From: an uncultured delta proteobacterium
Lineage (GTDB): Bacteria; Desulfobacterota; Desulfobacteria; Desulfobacterales; QNYZ01
Direction of reading: 5' to 3'
DNA length: 64,000 nt
Assembly: GCA_963845145.1 (NCBI GenBank)
Contig: CAWJQU010000002.1
Coordinates: 416,001-480,000, forward strand
Of the stretch, positions 20,801 through 29,364 are shown one piece after another. Positions within the stretch are counted from its first letter, which is position 1; every line of letters begins with the position of its first letter. Position numbers and translations under genes: made by a program. The notes beneath the pieces were generated by a model that saw only the letters and a list, made by a program, of their open reading frames with translations, did not search any database and was not told the origin of the DNA.

Positions 20801-22203
20801 TGAACATCGATTTTGGCATCGGCATACCATTCCACCCCGTTGGCAAATGCGAAGGCCCCGTGTCGCGATGCCAGGGCACACACGGCCGTACGCATCCTCG
20901 CCCACGTTTTAGAGCGGCTCGCCAGCCGATTGTTATCGTGCGTCTCGGCAAAGTGAACCATCCCCCCATCGGAGTGTGAGATGTCAATGGCTTCGGGCAG
21001 ATAGTGTTCTATCTGATCCCGGTCATCATTCTGGAAAAGTTCCGAATAGGCCCAATTTATATTCGCCCGGTTAAGCAGATTGCGGGTCACCGCTATCGGG
21101 CCACCCAGCCCCTCGAGGAAAAAGACCGTGTCGGGATATTCGTCTCGCACACACGCCACGATATATTGCCAGGCCGGCTCAGGAATCATGTAACCGGCAT
21201 CGCACCGAAACCCATCCACGCCGCGTCGACACCAACGCCGAAATATTCGAGCCATGTAACGCCAAAGCTCTTTTTGGGAATAATCCAGCCGGGTCAAATC
21301 CGCCCAGGTGACGCCCCATGCACCGGGCATTTCAATGTGACCGTCCGGCCCCCGCACCAGCCATTCCGGATGGGCGTCATGCAACCGGGCGGCCCACCCC
21401 GTATGATTGATGGCGATATCCATGATCAGCTTGCCCTCCCGGGTATGAACGGCATCGATAAGTTCGATAAATTGTTCGGTAGGGGTCGCGGTTGGATCGA
21501 AAACAGCCAGTCCGGGATCCACAGACATGAAGTTGAGCGCTGCATAGGGGCTGCCGAACCGTCCCATGCGGGCGTAGGTAGTCGGTGTGGCATGCACGGG
21601 TAACAGTTGAATAATGCGACACCCCAGGCGTCCAATAATGAAATCCAGCTCAGCGATTAGGTCACGAAAAGTACCCGATGGCGGAATCACGGTGTACCCG
21701 GCCTCATCCAATGGTTTAATCAGGTCTTCCCGATCGGTTTGCTCCAGCCGGCCATCCTTGTTGGGTCCAAACTGACGCACAAAGGCATTGTAAATGATGT
21801 TTGCGGCGCAAGTATCGGCCGGTTCGACATTGATGAGGGTGTTTGTTCCCGGCGGCCAAAGCGGCGTGGATTGGCCCTTTTGGACAAAAAAACATTTGGC
21901 TTCAAAATGGCCCACATCACATAAAGGAAGTGTTACCCGATAGTGCCGATGGGCAACTTTACCCATGGGAATATCGAACCAGGAGCGGCTTAACGGTTGA
22001 CTGCCCTGATGGATCTGATCGATAATTTCTTTTCGGATGATGTTCGCTCGGCCGATATTGGTACGTATCCAGGCCTTGCCGTCCATCGCCTTGCCGTCCA
22101 TGGTCTTGGGTAGCTTCAAGTCAAAGGTCTCAACATCTCCGCAAAATCTGAGCAGATGTCGGGCCGGCGATGGGGTCTGGATCAATTCGTCTGAGGTACT
22201 CAT
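17806..22203 (-). CDS. Bifunctional glycogen debranching enzyme (GH13 glucanotransferase-like + amylo-alpha-1,6-glucosidase)
   Basis: N-terminal GSPY, INHTG, GFRCDAG, LEGL, ETHDN; C-terminal AGYPWFLDWGRDT, TWMD, LRPNQL, YHNG, QAW. Confidence 0.9.
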   Translation of the reverse strand: MSTSDELIQTPSPARHLLRFCGDVETFDLKLPKTMDGKAMDGKAWIRTNIGRANIIRKEIIDQIHQGSQPLSRSWFDIPMGKVAHRHYRVTLPLCDVGHFEAKCFFVQKGQSTPLWPPGTNTLINVEPADTCAANIIYNAFVRQFGPNKDGRLEQTDREDLIKPLDEAGYTVIPPSGTFRDLIAELDFIIGRLGCRIIQLLPVHATPTTYARMGRFGSPYAALNFMSVDPGLAVFDPTATPTEQFIELIDAVHTREGKLIMDIAINHTGWAARLHDAHPEWLVRGPDGHIEMPGAWGVTWADLTRLDYSQKELWRYMARIFRRWCRRGVDGFRCDAGYMIPEPAWQYIVACVRDEYPDTVFFLEGLGGPIAVTRNLLNRANINWAYSELFQNDDRDQIEHYLPEAIDISHSDGGMVHFAETHDNNRLASRSKTWARMRTAVCALASRHGAFAFANGVEWYADAKIDVHQAPSLNWGSDDNQVAHIYRLNQILKTHPTFADRVDLTIVSDGPGNFLALDRFHRVSKRHLLVLANLGDKEPVRGGWHGRKADFKGPKVWDLITGQTVTINHGNGHDNGRSTIELTAGQVLCLSDEPDDLERIDLLSGQTLNAHVQRVEDQRLYARALEAYRYVHGTADLGNLDVKALAATLKKDPREFCLKLRPNEATPGIIDWTWPTDTRREVVVLPGHFLYIWAPHPFRARITAGKKTLAQEVSLIQDDNAHFVLFTPLSTPVKSEPGKSEPGKSELEKLPCRLTLALTVYEAAQTRHEEGLLHFPTFVEPERLNCQYSRREIAALEKGMFLDTNGRGGMLHVPVRWGELYSRYDALLSANLNPDYPEDRWVMFTRCRGWVVYQGYSTEINSDCLDRFDYEIGVGGRWQFTIPTGQGEHIRLTIVAAMVPDKNAMALVAYRSPGSISGSKKADHLADSNPVRLILRPDIEDRSFHDTTKAFTGPEQAFPSALTPGEQKFEFTPATQRCLEMTVLRGTFVLEPEWHYMVHRSLEAERGLDPDSDLFSPGYFATLLAGGEHELLTAGISEPEAVPADFSSALVQWASQPDTSIRREASLTTALTAALDQFVVKRGSNFSVVAGYPWFLDWGRDTLIAVRGLVAAGRYEVARKILIQFGRFEQDGTLPNMIHGDRADNRDTSDAPLWFFTACADLMKAEKNRALMQIDCGGRSIEEILLSIGNAMIAGTPNGVKMDAESGLIFSPSHFTWMDTNHPAGTPRQGYPVEIQALWHAALQLLAKVDPDGGPWADLQTQVKASLKRYFYLKNAGYMADCLHADPGVSAEKADRDDALRPNQLFAITLGAIDDPKISRAMVTACQALVVPGAIRSIADRPVAHPIAVIHQGQVLNDPHHPYQGRYEGDEDTQRKPAYHNGTAWTWVFPTFCEAWVTAWGSGARKSAQYWLSSSSALIRNGCVGHLPEIVDGDFPHQSRGCDAQAWGVSEYLRVWRALGTRSGK
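19966..20010. repeat. 3 x 15-bp in-frame tandem repeat (KSEPG)
   Basis: ttcagattttcccgg / ctctgatttgcccgg / ttctgattttaccgg. Confidence 0.85.
22073..22101. repeat. 2 x 15-bp in-frame duplication (MDGKA)
   Basis: gccttgccgtccat twice, 15-nt period. Confidence 0.85.
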
Positions 22204-22365
22204 GGGGCAGCTCGTTTTGACTTATGGGTGATTGTTCGGGGAACCCTATCGTTTGGCGACCCAATTGTCAAAAAAGTCGCCCTATCATAATAAAGCCTGG
22301 TAAACGGTAGCATATTGGTTGTGCGATTTTTCATTGACCCCGCCCACGCCAAATGGTTATCAAAG

Positions 22366-22466
22366 GAGCCAGTTTCAAAACGTCCCATTTTGCCCAATCT
22401 CTGCGTCAGGTTAAAATTTTCGCCTTCCTTGACCTTGAACAAACTGAAATGTTTTGAAATTGGCTC
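22366..22466. mobile_element. MITE-like non-autonomous element (101 bp)
   Basis: TIRs GAGCCAGTTTCAAAAC / GTTTTGAAATTGGCTC (15/16); AAAG direct repeats at 22362-22365 and 22467-22470; no transposase. Confidence 0.78.
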
Positions 22467-22501
22467 AAAGGATAAATTTCGTTTTATTGAAGGTGGTGCG
22501 A

Positions 22502-22819
22502 ATGAATTTCATCAAGTTGGCAACCGTTAAAGATTTTACGGATCAACGCATAAGGTCTTTTTCGGTTTTGGGAAAAAAGATCGGTATCGTCAAACGAACC
22601 GATGACCAATTTTATGCCATCGAAACCGGATGTAAACACCAGGGCGCCGATCTCACTCAAGGAAAAATCGACGGCCATGTTGCCACCTGCCCACGCCATG
22701 GATGGCAATACGACCTCGAAACCGGGGAATGCCTCAACCATGATTCCCCCCGGTTACGAAAGCATGCGCTGGTCCTTGAAGGTAACGATATTAAAGTATC
22801 GCTAAGCCCTTTAGAGTAA
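22502..22819 (+). CDS. Rieske [2Fe-2S] ferredoxin
   Basis: CKHQGA and CPRHGWQY ligand motifs; AAGGTGG upstream. Confidence 0.9.
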   Translation: MNFIKLATVKDFTDQRIRSFSVLGKKIGIVKRTDDQFYAIETGCKHQGADLTQGKIDGHVATCPRHGWQYDLETGECLNHDSPRLRKHALVLEGNDIKVSLSPLE

Positions 22820-22859
22820 ACATAACCCACGATGGTGAATATACGATTAGGAGGAACGC

Positions 22860-23324
22860 ATGGATAAGATAGAAGCCGGCAACAAGGCCCCAGGGTTCAA
22901 TTTAAGCGATCAAAACGGCCGGATGGTAAAGTTGACCGAGTACAAAGGGAAAAAATTGCTACTGTACTTCTACCCCAAAGCCAACACTTCCGGCTGAACG
23001 ACCCAATCTATCAGTGTACGGGATGCACTGCCGGAATTAAACCAAAAGGATACGATGGTCGTTGGTATCAGCCCGGATTTGCCCGAGCAACAAAAAAAAT
23101 TCGACGATAAATATCAACTCGGCTTTCCCCTGCTTTCCGACCCGCAGCATGCCGTGGCCGATGCCTATGGTGCATGGGGTGAGAAATCCATGTATGGTAA
23201 AAAATACATGGGCATTGTTCGCTCGGCGTTTTTAATCGATCAAAAGGGAAAGGTCCTTCAAGCCTGGTACAAAATCAGTCCGAAAAAGACTATCCCGGAA
23301 GTATTGAAGGCGCTCAACGGGTAG
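22860..23324 (+). CDS. bcp: Bcp/PrxQ peroxiredoxin, selenocysteine-containing (UGA codon 46)
   Basis: AGGAGG RBS, ATG 22860; YFYPKANTSG-[TGA 22995-22997]-TTQ in frame with GISPD, LLSDP, GEKSMYGKKYMGIVRSAFLID; SECIS-like hairpin downstream. Confidence 0.9.
23012..23030 (+). promoter_or_regulatory. Bacterial SECIS-like stem-loop
   Basis: CAGTGTA-CGGGA-TGCACTG; 7-bp stem with one GU pair; G-containing loop 21 nt after the UGA. Confidence 0.75.
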
Positions 23325-23342
23325 TTTGGATTACCGTAATCC

Positions 23343-23534
23343 TTATTCCGCTGAACGGTTTAACTTCTCAACCGTTTTCAGATCACACACGTCGAAAATC
23401 TCGCCACAGCCGCCACAGATCATTTCACAGTCGTCCGGCTTGCGGGTACGTCGCTTTTTTAAGTCGGATTTGCAGGTTGGGCAAACCAAGTTTTGCGCGG
23501 ATTTTGTTTTTTCCGATTCGGCAGACATATTCAT
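23343..23534 (-). CDS. Small zinc-ribbon protein
   Basis: CPTC...CGGC pairs in about 63 aa; start 23534 or 23528. Confidence 0.65.
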   Translation of the reverse strand: MNMSAESEKTKSAQNLVCPTCKSDLKKRRTRKPDDCEMICGGCGEIFDVCDLKTVEKLNRSAE

Positions 23535-23734
23535 CCTTAGGTTTGAAAGAAGGGTTGAAAGAGTTGACATTACACTAAAAATGGGCATTTTTTTAAATCG
23601 GGCCGGAGCAATCTTTTTCTAAATGACTGTTTGCCGGGTACACCAATAGGCGCAACATATGAATGGATGCCCTCACCTTGGTCGCCGGTTCAGTGTTTCA
23701 TGCTGTGGTCGTTTTGCCTATCAAAGGAGTAACC

Positions 23735-24820
23735 ATGATAAAAAGCGCTTTCAAGGCTTTATCTATTACCATCATTATCACCTTGGCCACCCCTTTTCAG
23801 GTCCCGGCTCAGAATGCACCCCCGCCGGCTAAAGTCCGCGTCGCCAAAGTCACCCAAAAAAGCCATACTGAAAACAGTGGACTGGTTGGGGTATTATACT
23901 ACGACCGCGTAAGCAACATCTCCACCCAAGTATCCGGCCAGGTCCGGCAAGCTGAATTTAGAGCCGGCTCGCAGGTTACAAAAGGAGCGACACTGGTTCG
24001 TATCAATACCGATTTTTATGATCAGGATATCGCGGTGGAAAAAGCAAGGATCGGTGCCATCAATGTCAAAATAGAAAACGTAGCCAAAGATCTTGCCCGG
24101 TTTAAATCCCTTTTGGCTAAACAAGCGGTCAGCGAATCCGCTCATGATGCACTCTACTTCAACCATCAGATCTTAATTAAGGAGCGCGAAACGGTACGGG
24201 CGGGTTTGGCCAGGATACGGCTCAAGCGATCCAAGTGTGTCATACGCGCCCCTTTTGACGGCATAATCCTGGAAAAATCGGTGGACACAAGCGATTGGGT
24301 GACCCCCGGGCGCACGTTGTACCGTATTGGGGCGATCGATGACCTTTTTGTAAAAGTCGCGGTTTCAGAGCAAATGGCGCCCTACAGCCTATCCGGCACA
24401 ACCGTTGATGTGGTGCTCACCGCTGCCGACAAGAAAGTAACGGGCCGCATTGAGGGCTTTTTGCCGGTGGCCGACCCCAAAACGAAGAACGTCACCATTA
24501 AAATCCGCCTTATGGAAACGGCTGATATCGGCCGGAACGTCGCGGAGAATATGTCCGCTATGGTTTATTTGCCCACCAGCACACAAAAAGCATTGAAACT
24601 AATCCCAAGGGATGCGCTCATTAACCGCCAGGGCAACAACTTTGTCTTTACGGTTAAAGAAGGCAAAGCCGCCATGCTGCCGGTTACCGTGGTGGCCTAT
24701 TTAAACAAAAGCGTGGGCGTCAACGATCCGCATATCACGGTCGACATGCCGGTGGTTGTAGAAGGCAATGAACGCTTACAGCCGGATCAGCCGGTCATCG
24801 TGGGTGAGGAGGGCAAGTAA
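23735..24820 (+). CDS. RND efflux periplasmic adaptor (MFP)
   Basis: AAGGAG RBS, signal peptide, IRAPFDGII, VVVEGNERL. Confidence 0.92.
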   Translation: MIKSAFKALSITIIITLATPFQVPAQNAPPPAKVRVAKVTQKSHTENSGLVGVLYYDRVSNISTQVSGQVRQAEFRAGSQVTKGATLVRINTDFYDQDIAVEKARIGAINVKIENVAKDLARFKSLLAKQAVSESAHDALYFNHQILIKERETVRAGLARIRLKRSKCVIRAPFDGIILEKSVDTSDWVTPGRTLYRIGAIDDLFVKVAVSEQMAPYSLSGTTVDVVLTAADKKVTGRIEGFLPVADPKTKNVTIKIRLMETADIGRNVAENMSAMVYLPTSTQKALKLIPRDALINRQGNNFVFTVKEGKAAMLPVTVVAYLNKSVGVNDPHITVDMPVVVEGNERLQPDQPVIVGEEGK

Positions 24821-27800
24821 GTGGACCTGATCCGTTATGCGATCCAAAAACCGATCACAGCTGCGGTGGGTGTCATTTTGGTCATCATGTTCGGCCTGAT
24901 CGGCCTGTCCCGTTTACCCCTGCAGTTGACCCCGGATGTCGAGGAACCCAAAATCACCGTCCGCACGGTTTGGGCCGGCGCAACACCTTATGAGATTGAA
25001 CAGGAAATCGTTGAAAAACAAGAAGAGGTGCTAAAAGGGGTTCAAAACCTCGTTAAAATGGAAAGCGCCAGTTACAATAGCCTGGGTGAAATCACCCTTA
25101 CCTTCAAGGTGGGTACCGATCTGAATGCCGCTTTGCTGCGGGTGTCCAATAAACTCAACGAGGTTTCCGATTACCCCGAAAATGCCAATCGACCGGCTAT
25201 CGACGCCGCCGGTGCTCAGGCCAGCCCGATCATCTGGACCATGTTAAAAATGAAAAGCGGCGATTCCGCCGACATTTTAACGTTTGAAACCTTTTTCGAA
25301 AACGAGGTTCGGCAGCACCTGGAACGCGTGGAAGGGGTGGGCTCTCTTTTTGTGGCCGGCGGCACCGCTGACGAGCTTCATGTGATTCTGGATACGGATA
25401 AGATGGCCCGCCACAACATGACGATCGACACCGTCATCGCCAAAATCAGAGGCGCCAACCGGGATAATTCCGCCGGTATTCTGACCATGGGCAAAAAGGA
25501 GTTTCGGCTGCGGACTACCGGCCGGTTTCAAAATGATCAGGACCCCCTGGATGTGGTGATCTTTGACAACGGGCTTGAAAGCGTTCGGTTGAGAGACATC
25601 GCCGAGTCACGGATCGGCCATGCGAAGCAGACCTCTTCAGTGATGCACAACAGCCAAGAGGGAATTGTTGTTGGTGTCCGAAAAGAACCCGGTACCAACG
25701 TGATCGAGCTGATCCACCGCCTAAAAGCGGTTGTCAGTCAACTCAATGAAACCATTTTAGCCGACAACAACATTTTTATCGACTGGCTTTACGATGAAGA
25801 ACCGTACATCAGCCGGGCCATCCAAATCGTCCAGCGCAATGTGTTTTTAGGCGGATTTCTGGCCATCGTGGTGCTGCTGGTCTATTTACGCTCTTTGACC
25901 GCTACCATCACAACCGCTGTTGCGATTCCCATCTCGGCCATTGGAACATTTATTTTTTTATGGCTGATGGGCAGAAATCTCAATGTGGTCAGCTTGGCGG
26001 GCATCTCATTTGCCGTGGGGATGCTCGTAGACAATGCCATTGTCGTCATGGAGAATATCGACAGACATCGTAAAATGGGCAAAAAGGCCTTTGACGCCAC
26101 CTATGACGGCGCAAGGGAAGTGTTGGGCGCCGTTTTTGCCTCCACCGCCACCACCGTGGCTGTTTTTTTACCGGTAATTTTCATCGAGGAAGAAGCCGGC
26201 CAGCTATTCAGAGATATCGCCATCGCCATCACCTTCTCTATTATGCTCAGCCTGTTTGTATCCGTGGCGGTCATTCCAACCATTTTGAATCAGTTCTACC
26301 GACGCATCAAACGGCCGGACAAAAACCGGCCCCCGTCCCGAATTTCCCGCGTGGGCACCTTTTTGTCTGAAAGCATTATCTATTTTTCAAATCTGACCTT
26401 AAAAAATGCCCTGACCCGGCTGACGTCGGTCGTTTTGTTTACCGTCCTTTCCATCGGACTGGTGATTTGGTTGATTCCTAAAGCCGAGTATCTGCCCCAG
26501 GGAAATCGTAACCTGGTCTTGGGCATTCTAATTCCACCGCCGGGAATGTCGGTGGACAAACGTAAAGCCAATGGCAACTTTATTTATGAACAGGCCGGCC
26601 CCTACATGAGCGAGGAAGAAAAAGACGGCACGCCCGGAATTAAAAATCTTTTTTACGTGGCGACGCCCGACTTTAACATTTTTGGCGCGTTAAGTTTTTT
26701 TGAAACCCGTGCCCGTGAAATGATCCCGTTGTTTAACCAAATGATCAATGCCATCCCCGACATGTTCGGTATCAGCTTCCAGGCCGGCATTTTTCAAAGT
26801 GATATCGGTGGCAGTCGTACCGTAGATGTCAACCTGTCCGGCGAAAGCCTCCCCGATATGATCGGTGTGGCCCAGCAGCTGTTTGGTGGTATCATGGGCG
26901 CCTTGCCCGGAAGCCAGGTTCGGCCTATCCCTTCCCTGGAGATCAGCTATCCGGAGGTCAACATCATTCCCAACAAGGCCAAATTGGCCGCCAACGGTTT
27001 CACCGAGCAAGACCTGGGTGTTTACCTTGATATTTTAATGGACGGTCGCAAGATCGATACTTTTCAGCCTGCGGGACAAAAACAGATCGATTTGATTTTA
27101 AAAGGCCGCGATACGATCTTCAATACGCCCGAAGAGCTACTCAATGGTATGATTGTCAACCGCTTTGGGGACCTGATCCGTGTGGGGGACGTGGCGTCGG
27201 TTCGCTACGGCCAGGGAATGACCCAGGTCAATCACCTGGAGCGCAAACGCACCGTGGCCCTACAGGTGACCCCACCGGCGGAAATGCCACTGGAAGTCGC
27301 GATCGATACCATTAAAAACAATCTGATCGGCCCCATGCGAGCCGAGGGCAAATTAAACCAGGTTCAGGTGGCCGTGGGTGGCAATGCGGACAAACTCGAT
27401 CAAACCCGCCAGGCCTTACAGTGGAATTTTATATTGGCCGTGGTCATCACCTATCTCTTGATGGCCGCCCTGTTTGAAAACTTTTTCTATCCTTTGATTA
27501 TTTTGTTCACGGTCCCACTGGCCGCGGCCGGTGGATTTGTGGGGCTCGCACTGGTCAATCGCTTTGTCGCCCCTCAGGCCTTTGACGTCCTGGCCATGCT
27601 GGGCTTTATCATTCTCGTGGGAACGGTGGTCAACAATGCGATTCTGGTCGTTCATCAAACGTTAAACTATATCCGCAACCACAATATGCCTGGCATGGAA
27701 GCGATCAGAATGTCGGTAAAAACACGCATTCGGCCCATTTTTATGAGTGCGACCACGAGCATTTTCGCCCTCTTCCCATTGGTAATCTCCACCGGCTCGG

Positions 27801-27946
27801 GCAGTGAGCTTTACCGGGGCTTGGGCAGTATTCTGTTGGGCGGGTTGGCATTATCAACACTTTTTACCCTCTTTGTCATACCGGCCCTATTGGCCTTTTT
27901 TATCGGTTGGGAGACCCCTCGTGAGAAAATTAAAGATTTGCTTTAA
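24821..27946 (+). CDS. RND efflux permease (AcrB family)
   Basis: 1041 aa; GMLVDNAIVVMENI, GTVVNNAIL, RIRPIFMS. Confidence 0.95.
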   Translation: MDLIRYAIQKPITAAVGVILVIMFGLIGLSRLPLQLTPDVEEPKITVRTVWAGATPYEIEQEIVEKQEEVLKGVQNLVKMESASYNSLGEITLTFKVGTDLNAALLRVSNKLNEVSDYPENANRPAIDAAGAQASPIIWTMLKMKSGDSADILTFETFFENEVRQHLERVEGVGSLFVAGGTADELHVILDTDKMARHNMTIDTVIAKIRGANRDNSAGILTMGKKEFRLRTTGRFQNDQDPLDVVIFDNGLESVRLRDIAESRIGHAKQTSSVMHNSQEGIVVGVRKEPGTNVIELIHRLKAVVSQLNETILADNNIFIDWLYDEEPYISRAIQIVQRNVFLGGFLAIVVLLVYLRSLTATITTAVAIPISAIGTFIFLWLMGRNLNVVSLAGISFAVGMLVDNAIVVMENIDRHRKMGKKAFDATYDGAREVLGAVFASTATTVAVFLPVIFIEEEAGQLFRDIAIAITFSIMLSLFVSVAVIPTILNQFYRRIKRPDKNRPPSRISRVGTFLSESIIYFSNLTLKNALTRLTSVVLFTVLSIGLVIWLIPKAEYLPQGNRNLVLGILIPPPGMSVDKRKANGNFIYEQAGPYMSEEEKDGTPGIKNLFYVATPDFNIFGALSFFETRAREMIPLFNQMINAIPDMFGISFQAGIFQSDIGGSRTVDVNLSGESLPDMIGVAQQLFGGIMGALPGSQVRPIPSLEISYPEVNIIPNKAKLAANGFTEQDLGVYLDILMDGRKIDTFQPAGQKQIDLILKGRDTIFNTPEELLNGMIVNRFGDLIRVGDVASVRYGQGMTQVNHLERKRTVALQVTPPAEMPLEVAIDTIKNNLIGPMRAEGKLNQVQVAVGGNADKLDQTRQALQWNFILAVVITYLLMAALFENFFYPLIILFTVPLAAAGGFVGLALVNRFVAPQAFDVLAMLGFIILVGTVVNNAILVVHQTLNYIRNHNMPGMEAIRMSVKTRIRPIFMSATTSIFALFPLVISTGSGSELYRGLGSILLGGLALSTLFTLFVIPALLAFFIGWETPREKIKDLL

Positions 27947-27959
27947 CCGTTTGCCGGAC

Positions 27960-29300
27960 ATGCTCCATCTGCCTACCGACCGGTTATTTAGGCACTTATT
28001 TTATTTAACTGGACAAAATTGGCGATTGATCTTCTGTGGTTTTCTGATCGGACTTTTTAGCATGCTCCCTGCAGCTGAGGGCCAGACCCTCATTGAGTTA
28101 CAGGAAAAGGCCATCCGGAATCGTGCCCTGATCCAAAGATACCGTTTGGCCCTGGAAAATGCCCAGCATGAAACACGTTATCGAAAAGGCCGGTTTTGGC
28201 CGTCCCTGGACGTTGGCTATCGTGCCAATGTGCTTGATGAGGCAACGCCATTTGAATCCAAGGAAAACAGCCGCCTGGGGGGTGCCATCAGCTATAATTT
28301 GTTCAACGGATTTCGTGATCGATACGATCTGGCCGCGGCAAAACAGGCTGAAAAGATCAGCGGCTACGAATTGACTGGTATCGCTCAGGATTTGCAATTG
28401 AATATCGCCCTTTTATATCTGAATCATTTTGAAAAAAAGACATTTTTTAAAATCGTAGAAGATCAATTGGCGTTAATCGAAAAAAGACGGGCGGACACCC
28501 AAAGCCGGTTTGACGTGGGCCTGGTATCTAAAAATGAGGTGTTGCGGCTGACGGTTGAACAGAATGAGGCGGTGCAACGACAGCATCAGGCCAAGGCGGA
28601 TGTGGAAAAAAGCCGCAATCAATTGGCTTTTGCGACCGGCACGGACAGTCACTCGCTGAAATTTTTATTCAACGAATTTGACATATTACCCGAAGTGGCC
28701 ACGATTGAGGAATTAGAAACAAAGATGCTCAAAAACCGCAGCGAACTAAATGCGTTAACGACAACCGTGGCCCTGTTGGTAGAAAATGCGCAAGCCGCCC
28801 GATCCGGATTATGGCCTACGGCGGATATCGCCGCCGGTTACACGCGGTTTGGCGATGATTTTCTATTGGAAAAAGACGATCAATACCAGGATGAAACCCG
28901 TATTCAGCTCAATCTGAATGTGAATCTGTTTGACGGGTTCCGAAAATATGAACGCATTAAACAGGCTCGATTGGCAGTCGCCCAGGCACGCCTCGATTTT
29001 ACCGAACTAAAAAATCGGTTGCTGACCGAGCTGAAAAATCGCTATATCGATCTCACCGTCGCCCGAGAAAATCTCGCCGTGGCGCAGTCGGCCATTGCCG
29101 AGGCCGAAGAAAATGTCCGCATCACCGAGGAAGCCTCCAAGGCCGGGGTGGAAACGGCTACGGATATGCTAAACGCCATTTTGAACCTCTCAACCGCCCG
29201 CTTCAACCTAACTGCCTCCCGGAACAGCGTCTTTCGGAATTATTACTTTTTGCAAAGAACTATCGATGGTTTTACGGCCGAATTCATTGAACAACAATAG
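27960..29300 (+). CDS. TolC-family outer membrane protein
   Basis: Two OEP repeats (YNLFNGF, NLFDGF); third gene of the RND operon; start uncertain. Confidence 0.88.
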   Translation: MLHLPTDRLFRHLFYLTGQNWRLIFCGFLIGLFSMLPAAEGQTLIELQEKAIRNRALIQRYRLALENAQHETRYRKGRFWPSLDVGYRANVLDEATPFESKENSRLGGAISYNLFNGFRDRYDLAAAKQAEKISGYELTGIAQDLQLNIALLYLNHFEKKTFFKIVEDQLALIEKRRADTQSRFDVGLVSKNEVLRLTVEQNEAVQRQHQAKADVEKSRNQLAFATGTDSHSLKFLFNEFDILPEVATIEELETKMLKNRSELNALTTTVALLVENAQAARSGLWPTADIAAGYTRFGDDFLLEKDDQYQDETRIQLNLNVNLFDGFRKYERIKQARLAVAQARLDFTELKNRLLTELKNRYIDLTVARENLAVAQSAIAEAEENVRITEEASKAGVETATDMLNAILNLSTARFNLTASRNSVFRNYYFLQRTIDGFTAEFIEQQ

Positions 29301-29364
29301 ATTACCGTGGCACCTGTGAAGGGCCGTCGTTCTTGGCGGCCGATGGGATGTCTGACAGGGTCGG

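Noticed and set aside
22200..22442. 80-aa ORF upstream of the debranching enzyme
   Set aside because: It starts inside the MITE-like element and has no recognisable protein features
23055..23324. 89-aa ORF as a truncated peroxiredoxin or pseudogene
   Set aside because: Better explained by Sec read-through from ATG 22860
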